Source: a virus
Reading direction: 5' to 3' (one strand)
IMG/VR virus record: IMGVR_UViG_3300023105_000025
Coordinates: 3,427-67,426 of that record
Length of the DNA stretch: 64,000 bases
Below, piece by piece: positions 8,339-16,476 of this stretch. How positions within the stretch are numbered: position 1 is the stretch's first letter; the number at the start of each line of letters is the position of its first letter. Position numbers and translations under genes: made by a program. The notes below the pieces were generated by a model that worked only from the letters and a program-made list of their open reading frames with translations, was not told where the DNA came from and did not search any database.

Positions 8339-8683
8339 ATGTTCAAGAAATTAGTACTACTAACTACACTACTGTTCCCTGCTACAGTTATAGCACAGGA
8401 AGATACGTCAAAGCAATTTTACACAATGAATGGTTGTGACCGCTGGGATAAAGTTGCGACTAAAATGGCTAAATACGAGGAAACTGTTTTAGCAACAGGG
8501 TCTATAGTTCAATTTCATGCATCAGGTCAGCCATTTGCTGGTCACATGCTTTTTCAGGTAAATCAAGATACTGGAACTTGGACACTTGTAAGTCTTTGGA
8601 ATGACGGAACTGCCTGCGTTGTCGCTGTTGGAAAAGAATTCACACCTTTCAGTTTAAGTGAAAAAAATAAAGAAACATATTGA
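8339..8683 (+). CDS. Exported/periplasmic hypothetical protein
   Basis: Signal peptide MFKKLVLLTTLLFPATVIA, two Cys, and a N...GTWTLV.....ACVVA.G core. Confidence 0.7.
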   Translation: MFKKLVLLTTLLFPATVIAQEDTSKQFYTMNGCDRWDKVATKMAKYEETVLATGSIVQFHASGQPFAGHMLFQVNQDTGTWTLVSLWNDGTACVVAVGKEFTPFSLSEKNKETY

Positions 8684-8709
8684 CATTTGAAAAAAATGTA
8701 TTATATATA
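8680..8709 (+). promoter_or_regulatory. Probable promoter of hsp20
   Basis: TTGACA at 8680-8685, followed about 16-18 nt later by a TATATA tract just before the structured leader. Confidence 0.55.
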
Positions 8710-8713
8710 GTAA

Positions 8714-8774
8714 TAGGACGCCACAATGGGTCCTGTAAAACAATCTTGCTTAATTAAAAGGAGATAGCAAAATG
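8714..8774 (+). promoter_or_regulatory. ROSE-like RNA thermometer in the hsp20 5' UTR
   Basis: Hairpin 1: AGGAC-g-CCA-caa-TGG-GTCCT. Hairpin 2: ATCTTGCTT (8743-8751) pairs with AAGGAGAT (8758-8765) with a bulged G, the U(U/C)GCU anti-SD motif. Confidence 0.7.
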
Positions 8775-9215
8775 AATACACGTACATTTACTACAGAAAT
8801 GTTTAATGACCCTTTCTTCATCGGTTTCGATCGTATGGTAGACAGAATGAGAGCACAAACTCCAGGTCAAACAAATTACCCTCCCTATAATATTGTCAAA
8901 ACGGATGAAAACCAGTATGAGCTGCAATTAGCAATTGCTGGGTTTACTCAGGACGATCTTGAGATCGAACTGAAGGAAGGCATCTTGTCTATTGAAGGTA
9001 GAAAAGAAGGCGAAGACGAAAAGAATTATATCCATAAAGGAATTTCAGCTCGCGCCTTCCGTCGTACATTTACATTAAATGACACAATTGTCGTAAATGG
9101 TGCAGATCTAACTGATGGTATTCTAACCGTTGAGTTAGAAAATATTATTCCAGAAGAAAAGAAACCACGTAAGATCTCAATTGGTCGTCGTGAACCTGAA
9201 CTTCTAGTCGAATAA
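8772..9215 (+). CDS. hsp20: Small heat shock protein, Hsp20/IbpA family
   Basis: FIGFDR, NYPPYNI, AIAGF, YIHKGISARAFRRTFTL, DGILTV and PEEKKPRKISI motifs. Confidence 0.95.
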   Translation: MNTRTFTTEMFNDPFFIGFDRMVDRMRAQTPGQTNYPPYNIVKTDENQYELQLAIAGFTQDDLEIELKEGILSIEGRKEGEDEKNYIHKGISARAFRRTFTLNDTIVVNGADLTDGILTVELENIIPEEKKPRKISIGRREPELLVE

Positions 9216-9224
9216 ATAAAAACC

Positions 9225-9245
9225 TGGAGGGTGAAAGGCCCTCCA
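9225..9245 (+). terminator. GC-rich hairpin after hsp20 (terminator or stabiliser)
   Basis: TGGAGGG-tgaaagg-CCCTCCA, with only a weak U tail. Confidence 0.5.
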
Positions 9246-9271
9246 TTCACACATAACACAGGAGAAATAAA

Positions 9272-9487
9272 ATGTTTTCAACAGATTATCTAACAAACGT
9301 ATGGATCGATGCGGTCCAAAATGCAAAAACAACTTGGGTTAATACTTGGGTTAAAGATGAAGCAATGAGTGCACCTTTGCACGCTTTCATCAAAGCACAA
9401 ACAGAATTCACAAAAGAAGCTATGAAACAAACCAGCGCGTTTTCAAACGCAGCAGGTACTGCAATGGCGACTACAATTAAATCATGA
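9272..9487 (+). CDS. Conserved hypothetical helical protein
   Basis: 71 aa, strong AGGAGA RBS, amphipathic IDAVQNAK..WVNTWV...FIKAQTEFTK. Confidence 0.75.
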   Translation: MFSTDYLTNVWIDAVQNAKTTWVNTWVKDEAMSAPLHAFIKAQTEFTKEAMKQTSAFSNAAGTAMATTIKS

Positions 9488-9714
9488 GCGACGCAATGAG
9501 TAAAAACCCTTTTGAGATCCGATCTGAAATGTTACAACTTGCTAAAGATTATATGGATCAGCAATATTATATGAACAAAGAGTTTGCTGAAAAAATGTTT
9601 GAAGCAGGCAAAATGCAAATGGAAGAAATGCAAAAAGCCACAGAGATGTATAGTATGGAAGAATTGATGGAAAAAGCCAAGGAGATGTATAGCTTCGTAT
9701 CAAAGAAAGACTAA
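9484..9714 (+). CDS. Conserved hypothetical phage protein
   Basis: KNPFEIRSEMLQLAKDY...AKEMYSFVS, overlapping the upstream stop. Confidence 0.75.
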   Translation: MSDAMSKNPFEIRSEMLQLAKDYMDQQYYMNKEFAEKMFEAGKMQMEEMQKATEMYSMEELMEKAKEMYSFVSKKD

Positions 9715-9715
9715 A

Positions 9716-9850
9716 ATGTTTTTTAAATGGCACGAAAAGAAATATGAACAAGTCCGAAAGTGGCTAGGATGGAGTCATTACCAAATGGCATGGCTCGGAG
9801 GACTAAAAGGTTTAATCTACGGATTAATTATAGGATATTTCATATTTTAG
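9716..9850 (+). CDS. Small membrane protein (44 aa), not in the ORF track
   Basis: Translated by hand: MFFKWHEKKYEQVRKWLGWSHYQMAWLGGLKGLIYGLIIGYFIF*. It fills the gap between the upstream stop and the terminator. Confidence 0.7.
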   Translation: MFFKWHEKKYEQVRKWLGWSHYQMAWLGGLKGLIYGLIIGYFIF

Positions 9851-9851
9851 G

Positions 9852-9875
9852 AAGGAGCCTTCGGGCTCCTTTTTT
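9852..9875 (+). terminator. Rho-independent terminator with C(UUCG)G tetraloop at a convergent junction
   Basis: AAGGAGCC-TTCG-GGCTCCTT-TTTT between the + strand early block and the - strand late block. Confidence 0.9.
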
Positions 9876-11871
9876 AATGCAAGAATCCAAAGCCAGCATC
9901 TGACATATAGTCCCAGGTACCGCCGCCTCCACCACCAAATATGTTGTTAACTGCAATATTAGGAGCTGGGGCAGCTTGATTTATAACAGTTGGGCCGCCT
10001 TGGTTATATACAATTTGGCCATCCGCAGTTCTTCTTAGGTTTGGCTGCATAGCTAATAATCTATTAACTAAGTCAGTATTTTTCATTTCTATATTATTGA
10101 GTTGAACTGGATCTCCCATTTCATCATAAGTAACAAGACCACCTGTTAAAGGATTAAACCCTGTATTTCTCATAATACTATAAAGGCGCGCAGCTCTTTC
10201 ACGAGCAGGAAGGTTTTCCAATTGAGATCTTAATTGTTGCAAACGAGCCAAAGCGTCTTCATCCGCTTTCTCTGCTCTTATTTTTTCAAAATCTTCTACA
10301 GTAGGTCCTCCGGTAGGAGAACCAATTGAATTTTTATATGAATCTTGCCAAGCTTTTAACAAATCTTGTCTTGCTTCAGGACGAATTTCTCCAGCATTAA
10401 TTGCGGCGGTTAAAAATTCATTGTATCTGTTAGACCCTCGAGTAAAATATGAGTCTATTTCAGATTGCATCAAGTTTCTGCCTAAAGGACCATTTTGGTT
10501 TTTTCCAGTTATTCTTCCGTTTTCGTCAATTATCCATCCGGCCTGGCGCATTGCGGAAAAATACATTTCTTGCTCGGCTAAGTATCTTTCTCTATCCCTG
10601 TCATATGTAGCGTCAGATCCAGTGACTTCCCCGGTTCTATAAAATGTGCCTTGTATTGCTCTTTGCTGTGCTGGGGTTAAGCTTTTCCACATTTCAGTCT
10701 GTGTAATTTCATTAAATCGATTTACCTGATCTGTTGAATATCGTGGAAACTTAGCAAGTTCGTTTTGTATATATTCTACTCTGCTTTTAGCCGCAGAATC
10801 CTCAAACATTTTATCAACTTCAGCAATTTCTCCTGCAATTCTAGCTTCATTTTCGGCTTTCTTCTTTTTCCAGAATTCCCAGGCTTTAAAACCAAGACTA
10901 ACAGTTGCGCCAATTACAGCACCAACGAGAGCTCCCTGTGGACCAAACATCCATCCAATTGAAGCACCCTGCATAGCTGCAGAGGCAACATCTAGACCAG
11001 CCTTAGCTAGATCTCCTTTTGTATATCCACCGATTTCGTCATCTGACCATTTTTGCTTATCAACCCATTCTCCTACTTGATTAACAGCATAAGATGTTCC
11101 AGCTAAAACCAAACCTAATGCGGAGAGTTTTACAAAACTTCTTAATTTACTTCTTCTTTGGGCTACTGCATTATCACTATCTGCAGCATTTAAAAGTCCG
11201 CCGAGCCCTGCAGCTGTTATTACCGCAGCGCCAACAGTAGGACCACTTAAGCTTCCTAAAATAGTCCCTAATGGATCTTCAAGAAAATTTATAAAACTTT
11301 GAGCACCAGCTGCAATAGAGCTAGCTATTGATGTCATGTTGGTGGTCATTGTAGCCCAGTCTATATCTTCAAAAAACTTTGTAAACCCACCTTCAGTTTG
11401 TGCATCAAAGAAACCGCGCGCTAATTCAAAGATAGCAATACCGCCGACAGCACCCAATAAACTTTTAATTACAAATGATTTAAATCCGCCCATCATTCCT
11501 GATAGCATACTACCAATAGAACCAACTTCTTCTTTTACCGCTTTACTACTATCTTCGGTCTTTTTAGAGGAGTCGTCGTCGTCTTTTTTCCTCTGATCAT
11601 CTTCACGTGCTTTTTGCGCTACCTCATCCAGCTCGCGTTCTCTTGCAATGCGCGCCTGTGTTCTTTTATCTACGTCTAGTGTTTCTCGTAATATATCTGT
11701 TTGTGCCCTAAGTTCTAGGTTGATGCTTTTAAAAACACCACTAAATTTATCTAACTTAATGCTTACAGCTTTTATAGAGTTTGTACCAGAATTTCTTGTA
11801 AGTTTTCCTTCTTGCTTAAGCCTTTCTAAAATGGCTAAAGTTTCTGGTGACATTTCGTTTGGGCCGGCCAT
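9874..11871 (-). CDS. Putative baseplate hub/tape-measure protein, gp29-like
   Basis: 665 aa with coiled-coil N-terminus, Gly/Ala-rich hydrophobic segments and low-complexity C-terminus. It follows gp26-gp51; assigned by synteny. Confidence 0.55.
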   Translation of the reverse strand: MAGPNEMSPETLAILERLKQEGKLTRNSGTNSIKAVSIKLDKFSGVFKSINLELRAQTDILRETLDVDKRTQARIARERELDEVAQKAREDDQRKKDDDDSSKKTEDSSKAVKEEVGSIGSMLSGMMGGFKSFVIKSLLGAVGGIAIFELARGFFDAQTEGGFTKFFEDIDWATMTTNMTSIASSIAAGAQSFINFLEDPLGTILGSLSGPTVGAAVITAAGLGGLLNAADSDNAVAQRRSKLRSFVKLSALGLVLAGTSYAVNQVGEWVDKQKWSDDEIGGYTKGDLAKAGLDVASAAMQGASIGWMFGPQGALVGAVIGATVSLGFKAWEFWKKKKAENEARIAGEIAEVDKMFEDSAAKSRVEYIQNELAKFPRYSTDQVNRFNEITQTEMWKSLTPAQQRAIQGTFYRTGEVTGSDATYDRDRERYLAEQEMYFSAMRQAGWIIDENGRITGKNQNGPLGRNLMQSEIDSYFTRGSNRYNEFLTAAINAGEIRPEARQDLLKAWQDSYKNSIGSPTGGPTVEDFEKIRAEKADEDALARLQQLRSQLENLPARERAARLYSIMRNTGFNPLTGGLVTYDEMGDPVQLNNIEMKNTDLVNRLLAMQPNLRRTADGQIVYNQGGPTVINQAAPAPNIAVNNIFGGGGGGTWDYMSDAGFGFLH

Positions 11872-11875
11872 TTAT

Positions 11876-12046
11876 TTACCTTTGTTGACGTTCTTGTTGT
11901 TGCTCTACATGATCTAACAGCATACCAAAATATAAATCTCTTTCATAAGGCATCATAGCTTCAATCTCTGTTATAGAGTATTTATGGTGCTGTGCCATAG
12001 CGAATATAATCTGGTAAAAGTTTGCCAAATTAATATGGCACAGCAT
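11876..12046 (-). CDS. 51: Baseplate hub assembly protein, gp51-like (56 aa), not in the ORF track
   Basis: Translated by hand: MLCHINLANFYQIIFAMAQHHKYSITEIEAMMPYERDLYFGMLLDHVEQQQERQQR*. Has the QHHKYS.TEIE.MMP.ER..Y signature and a TAATG overlap with gp26. Confidence 0.85.
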   Translation of the reverse strand: MLCHINLANFYQIIFAMAQHHKYSITEIEAMMPYERDLYFGMLLDHVEQQQERQQR

Positions 12047-12747
12047 TAGAGAAAAAAACTTCGCATTCCCTCTATTACGAATGTTTGCTCTTTACCTTCT
12101 TTATTTGTATATTTTGTCTCATGCCGTAATCTTGGCATAGTTTCAAAGAAAGTTTGAATTTTTTTAATAACGTCACCTTGCATACTTTCCATAAACGCAT
12201 CAATGTCTTTTTGTCCATAATCTTTAAATCTATGAATTTCATCATCAGATGCGATATAATCTAAGCAAGAAACCATAACAAAATAATCTGCTAATGGATC
12301 ATCTGGATTCATTTCAAAAATTTGAATGAATTCGTTAATGCTTGGATACTTTAGGAATAGTGAATATTCATCATTAATTGGAATTTTGTTAGAATGTTCT
12401 TCTTTAACTTCCAATTTCATCTGGTCTAGATCAATAGTAAGAGAAACATCTTCCTCCGTATCCGGATCTTTAACCTGGAATTCAATTGTGTTATTTACTG
12501 ATTTTGCTCTTAGCTGAAGTAGTATATACTCAACGTCAAACATTGGAAGTTCTTCTACGTCAATATCCATAACGCAGTTATTAACGATTTGTTTTATTGC
12601 TAAAAGTTCTTGTCCTGGCTCATTGGCTTCTTGAGCTACTAACAATATTTTTTCTTCCTTAACAGTGAAAGGTCTATATTTAATATTTTTCTTTGTTGAA
12701 GGAAGAACCGTTTCAAAAACGGGTAAGTCGATTTTTGGTAATGCCAT
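12046..12747 (-). CDS. 26: Baseplate hub subunit, gp26-like
   Basis: MALPKI, YRPFTVKEEKILL, FDVEYILLQLRAKSV and FFETMPRL motifs. Confidence 0.9.
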   Translation of the reverse strand: MALPKIDLPVFETVLPSTKKNIKYRPFTVKEEKILLVAQEANEPGQELLAIKQIVNNCVMDIDVEELPMFDVEYILLQLRAKSVNNTIEFQVKDPDTEEDVSLTIDLDQMKLEVKEEHSNKIPINDEYSLFLKYPSINEFIQIFEMNPDDPLADYFVMVSCLDYIASDDEIHRFKDYGQKDIDAFMESMQGDVIKKIQTFFETMPRLRHETKYTNKEGKEQTFVIEGMRSFFL

Positions 12748-12764
12748 AATTTATAATCCTCAAT

Positions 12765-13526
12765 TTATTTAAATAGATTCGTTATTTGATCCCATGCGTT
12801 GCTGACTCTATTAACTCTATTTACCGCATCTTGTAAGCTATCTGGTAGACTAAATCCTAAATTAAATGTTTGTCCGATTACACTAACACTAGATAATAAG
12901 TCAAACAATCCATTTCCTCTATTTAATCTTGTTGTTGGTGAGCCTGTAATTTCACCTTGATATTCTATACTGTCATATTGGAAACCAACTCCCATAACAG
13001 CAACACCCTCAGAACTCCAGTTTAAGTCAACATCACCTAAGGCTATTGGAAATACTTTATTTAATCTTGTTAGATAGTATCCGTCGTTAGCATAAGTAGT
13101 ATAATGCTTAATTGTACAAGTTGCACAATACTCGTCTCTGTATCCTACCTCATACGGTAACATTCCATTATATTCAGAAAAGTTACCAGCAGCTGTACTA
13201 TAGTTAACTACTCTTTGCATCCAAGAATGAAATAAACTTTTAATTTGGTGGTTAGAATCCAGCATAAACTGACAAGCCAATTGATCATGCGACATGCCAG
13301 TGATGTAAGTTTTTGCTTTGCCACCTACAGGCTGATACGTCGCGGTGTCGGCTTGCATTCCCGGTATTGCCGCAGATGAACAAAACAGTGTAAGGTCTCT
13401 AGAATCCATTTCTGAATTAGGTGCCCAACCATTTCCGAATGTGAATGTTACTTCAAAAAGGTTAGCGTGAGAAGGTCCACCGTATTTGTGAATACCAGCT
13501 TTAAATTCATTTATTTTAAAAGCCAT
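12765..13526 (-). CDS. Tail tube initiator, gp54-like (gp19 fold)
   Basis: NLFEV, C.SAAIPG, F..W, Y.DEY and VFP..LG...L.W pattern of tube-fold proteins, plus synteny. Confidence 0.7.
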   Translation of the reverse strand: MAFKINEFKAGIHKYGGPSHANLFEVTFTFGNGWAPNSEMDSRDLTLFCSSAAIPGMQADTATYQPVGGKAKTYITGMSHDQLACQFMLDSNHQIKSLFHSWMQRVVNYSTAAGNFSEYNGMLPYEVGYRDEYCATCTIKHYTTYANDGYYLTRLNKVFPIALGDVDLNWSSEGVAVMGVGFQYDSIEYQGEITGSPTTRLNRGNGLFDLLSSVSVIGQTFNLGFSLPDSLQDAVNRVNRVSNAWDQITNLFK

Positions 13527-14135
13527 TTATCGTCCTACTATTTTTGATCGTGAGTCTAAATAAACTTTTCGCTTATTAGCGCCCACAAACTTAGCCGTTG
13601 GTAAAAATAAAGCAATATCCCATTCTGTAGGGTGAATATAAACTAACTTAGATCTTACTTGACTATTTAAATAATGTTTAACAGTTGGTTTAAAAAACCT
13701 AAACTTTGAAGCACTTTCTAAAATGTCATAAGAAATTCTTAGTTTAGTATTCTCATTATATGTTTCATTCGTTGTTACGGTGTATAATTGGTCCATTAAC
13801 CTAGCTCGCATGGGAGGAGACAGGTAATGCATGTTAATTCCCAAAAATCCACCTTTAGCTTTATTTATGGGAAAAATTAAAGGATATCGATCATAGTATG
13901 GTAAGGTCTTTTTATGCTTAGGGTCATAAGAAAATGTGTACATATGACCCATTTTAAAAGTGGTTTCCATCCTTTTAGAATCAGCTTGTCTTATAAATTT
14001 ACCTTCACCAACTTTAGAGGCTGTCACCTGTCCTGCTTGAGCTCTAAACCAATCGCGAGCCTGTTGAGTTTTTGCAGGAACTTGTCCAGCATTAACCCCA
14101 GCTTGCAGAATGTCCGACATTAATTTGGTTGCCAT
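13527..14135 (-). CDS. 2: DNA end protector protein, gp2-like
   Basis: YDPKHKKTLPYYDRYPLIF, GFLGINMHYL, KHYL and W..ALFLPT motifs. Confidence 0.92.
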   Translation of the reverse strand: MATKLMSDILQAGVNAGQVPAKTQQARDWFRAQAGQVTASKVGEGKFIRQADSKRMETTFKMGHMYTFSYDPKHKKTLPYYDRYPLIFPINKAKGGFLGINMHYLSPPMRARLMDQLYTVTTNETYNENTKLRISYDILESASKFRFFKPTVKHYLNSQVRSKLVYIHPTEWDIALFLPTAKFVGANKRKVYLDSRSKIVGR

Positions 14136-14591
14136 TTATTTTATTCCTAAATCTCTTTCTGTCATTATCATAAATTGCCAACCTCTATCTGCACAATAAT
14201 TTCTCGCAGCTTTCCATTTGGCTTCATTAATCCCATATGTTTTAACCTCATTTAGATATCTTCTAGATAATCCGCCTTTGGCTGTATTCTTTTTACTTAT
14301 ATCAGGTGGCTTCGTTTGAGATGCCGGTTTTATTTCAATCATCATTGTTTTATTTTTACCACTAGGATCTTTTTTACAAACAATTACATCTGGGAAATAT
14401 CTATGGCGTCTGCCATCTATAGGTGACACATATGGAACAACTACTTCCTCAGATTGCCACCATAGTACTTCAGGGTGTTGATCAAGTGTACTAAAAAATC
14501 TCAATTCCCATGATGATCTATAAATAATTTTAGTTGGATCACCTTTATATTTGCTAGGGTTTTTAGGCCTAAACCTTCCCTTATAAGCCAC
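14136..14591 (-). CDS. 4: Head completion nuclease, gp4-like (TnsA-type)
   Basis: YKGRFRPKNPSKYKGDPTKIIYRSSWE, HRYFPD, EIKP and NEAKWKAA motifs. Confidence 0.95.
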   Translation of the reverse strand: MAYKGRFRPKNPSKYKGDPTKIIYRSSWELRFFSTLDQHPEVLWWQSEEVVVPYVSPIDGRRHRYFPDVIVCKKDPSGKNKTMMIEIKPASQTKPPDISKKNTAKGGLSRRYLNEVKTYGINEAKWKAARNYCADRGWQFMIMTERDLGIK

Positions 14592-14611
14592 TAGTCACTC
14601 CATATTCTCAA

Positions 14612-14619
14612 TATAAATA
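14612..14619 (+). promoter_or_regulatory. T4-type late promoter (gp55 sigma) for the baseplate operon
   Basis: Exact TATAAATA about 30 nt upstream of ATG 14649. Confidence 0.85.
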
Positions 14620-14627
14620 ATCCATAG

Positions 14628-14635
14628 TATTTATA
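14628..14635 (-). promoter_or_regulatory. T4-type late promoter for the gp4-gp2-gp54-gp26 operon
   Basis: TATTTATA on the + strand equals TATAAATA on the - strand, upstream of the gp4 start at 14591. Confidence 0.85.
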
Positions 14636-14648
14636 AAAAGGTAGTATA

Positions 14649-15815
14649 ATGCCGAACCAAGATTTGGGCGTAACGCCCGCCAAGGTATCAAAGTTAGAAT
14701 CAATAAGAAACAGTAATCGGAATATGCATAGCAACAGCGGGATGTTATCATTTCCATCTAGACCGTATGCGCACTCATTTTTAATGGTTTTTGAAGAATA
14801 TCAATATACACCTCTTGGAAAATACGGTGTTCTTAGTCCAAAAGTTGAAGCAAAAACAGGGCGCGCTGTTAGTTCATCTCTTAGAGGTTCATCGGCAATA
14901 GAACTACCGTTTCCAACAAGTCTTTTAGATGAAACAGCTTTAAATGTTGGGCCATTTGAGCGCAGTATGGTTGCAGAAAACATTGCAAATAAATTAGCAC
15001 CATTTATTAATTCTAATAATGAAGCTGATTTAAAAACGACGTTAAATAACATCGGTGCTGGGGTGCAGAATACTTTAAGTAGCTTTATGAGCTCAGTTGA
15101 TGCTCAAGGTGGATTTGGTGAATCAGCAACGAATTTGGTAAAAAGCGCGACGCAAGGTTTACTAGGAACGCAAACGGGCGATATTATTTCAGGTGCATCA
15201 TTTCTATTGAGATCTTATGCGCCTAATCTGTTTGGCGGTACTGTTGGCTCTACTATTGACAATGTAACTGGTCAAACTATTAACCCAAGGATGACATTAG
15301 CATTCCAAGGTGTTCAATTAAAAAACCATAACTTATCTTGGCAGTTATTTCCAGAAAATCAAAAAGACTCTGATATTATCAGAAATATTATAAGTCAATT
15401 AAAAATTAGTTCTTTACCAGCAGTTCAAGATTTGCCAGGTATTAATAGAGCATTTTTAAAATACCCATCTATTGTAAAACCGTATCTGTTGGGTGTTAAC
15501 CCAGGCTATTGGTTTCAATTTAAGCCTTGTATGATTTCAAGTGTATCAGTGGATTTTGGTGGTGGCGGTATTGTATCTGTTATTAAAGGTGGTAAGCCAA
15601 CTGCTGTTACCATTTCAATACAGTTAATGGAACTAGAGATTCATACACAAGAAGATTATACTGGTGGTGGTGCAAGTATTGCTGGACCGCAGGGCGCGAC
15701 CATAGATCAACAACTGCAGCAAATGGATAGTAGTGTTACAAGCTTCTTGGGTGGATTTGGCGGGCCGCCAGCAAAAACTAGCTCAACAACAGTTATACCG
15801 CCCAACGGCAGATAA
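14649..15815 (+). CDS. 48: Baseplate tail tube cap, gp48-like
   Basis: IELPFP, INPRMTLAFQGVQLKNH...W.L.P.N..DS, F..P and MELEI motifs, plus synteny. Confidence 0.8.
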   Translation: MPNQDLGVTPAKVSKLESIRNSNRNMHSNSGMLSFPSRPYAHSFLMVFEEYQYTPLGKYGVLSPKVEAKTGRAVSSSLRGSSAIELPFPTSLLDETALNVGPFERSMVAENIANKLAPFINSNNEADLKTTLNNIGAGVQNTLSSFMSSVDAQGGFGESATNLVKSATQGLLGTQTGDIISGASFLLRSYAPNLFGGTVGSTIDNVTGQTINPRMTLAFQGVQLKNHNLSWQLFPENQKDSDIIRNIISQLKISSLPAVQDLPGINRAFLKYPSIVKPYLLGVNPGYWFQFKPCMISSVSVDFGGGGIVSVIKGGKPTAVTISIQLMELEIHTQEDYTGGGASIAGPQGATIDQQLQQMDSSVTSFLGGFGGPPAKTSSTTVIPPNGR

Positions 15816-15838
15816 TAAACAAACGAAGGAATATCATA

Positions 15839-16216
15839 ATGTCAAAATATTTCGATGAATTTCCAATTATAGAATATGAGGGTAAACAAATTCGCGATAT
15901 CACTCGTAGAAATACTTTAATGAAAAGTGTTACTACTAATCCTTTAGTTTATCTTCCATACACAGTACAAGATGGAGAGAAACCAGAGGATATTGCTAAT
16001 TGGTACTATGGTTCCACAGATTATACATGGTTAGTATTAATGGCAAATAATATTGTAGATCCATATCACCAGTGGCCAAAAAACGTTGAAGATTTTAACA
16101 ATTATATGATTAAAAAATACGAAGCCGAAAGCGGCAAAGAAGGCCCTGAAGTTTTACAATGGGCACAAGATGAAGATAGACAAGATAACGTTGTCTATTA
16201 TTATAAAGAGGTTTAA
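15839..16216 (+). CDS. 53: Baseplate wedge gp53-like, N-terminal (LysM-like) part
   Basis: YFDEFPIIEY, Y.VQDGEKPEDIA..YYGS...WLVLMANNIVDPY.QWP and KKY motifs. Confidence 0.85.
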   Translation: MSKYFDEFPIIEYEGKQIRDITRRNTLMKSVTTNPLVYLPYTVQDGEKPEDIANWYYGSTDYTWLVLMANNIVDPYHQWPKNVEDFNNYMIKKYEAESGKEGPEVLQWAQDEDRQDNVVYYYKEV

Positions 16217-16218
16217 AA

Positions 16219-16476
16219 ATGGCTGATGTAATTAGGTTAGCTCCCGACTCATTCCGTACGATATATCTACGAAGAGAAGACCGTGTCATTTTGTTAACAG
16301 AAACCGGGAGAAGAATTTTTATCAAGCGTATTATTCCTGACGAATGGGTTCCTTACAGAATTTATGAACAAGAGGAAGCTCTTAATGATAATAAAAAAGA
16401 GATCTTCTTATTTGACAGAAAATACTTACCGCAGATTACAGACGAGTTTATTCAAAAAATAAGAAATAATGCCTAG
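16219..16476 (+). CDS. gp53-like C-terminal part encoded as a separate ORF
   Basis: IYEQEEALNDNKKEIFLFDRKYL.QI..EF resembles gp53 C-termini. It has its own AGAGG RBS. Confidence 0.65.
   Translation: MADVIRLAPDSFRTIYLRREDRVILLTETGRRIFIKRIIPDEWVPYRIYEQEEALNDNKKEIFLFDRKYLPQITDEFIQKIRNNA

Noticed and set aside
14136-14591. TnsA-like nuclease as evidence of a transposon or homing endonuclease
   Set aside because: Sequence and synteny match the core T4-like head completion protein gp4.
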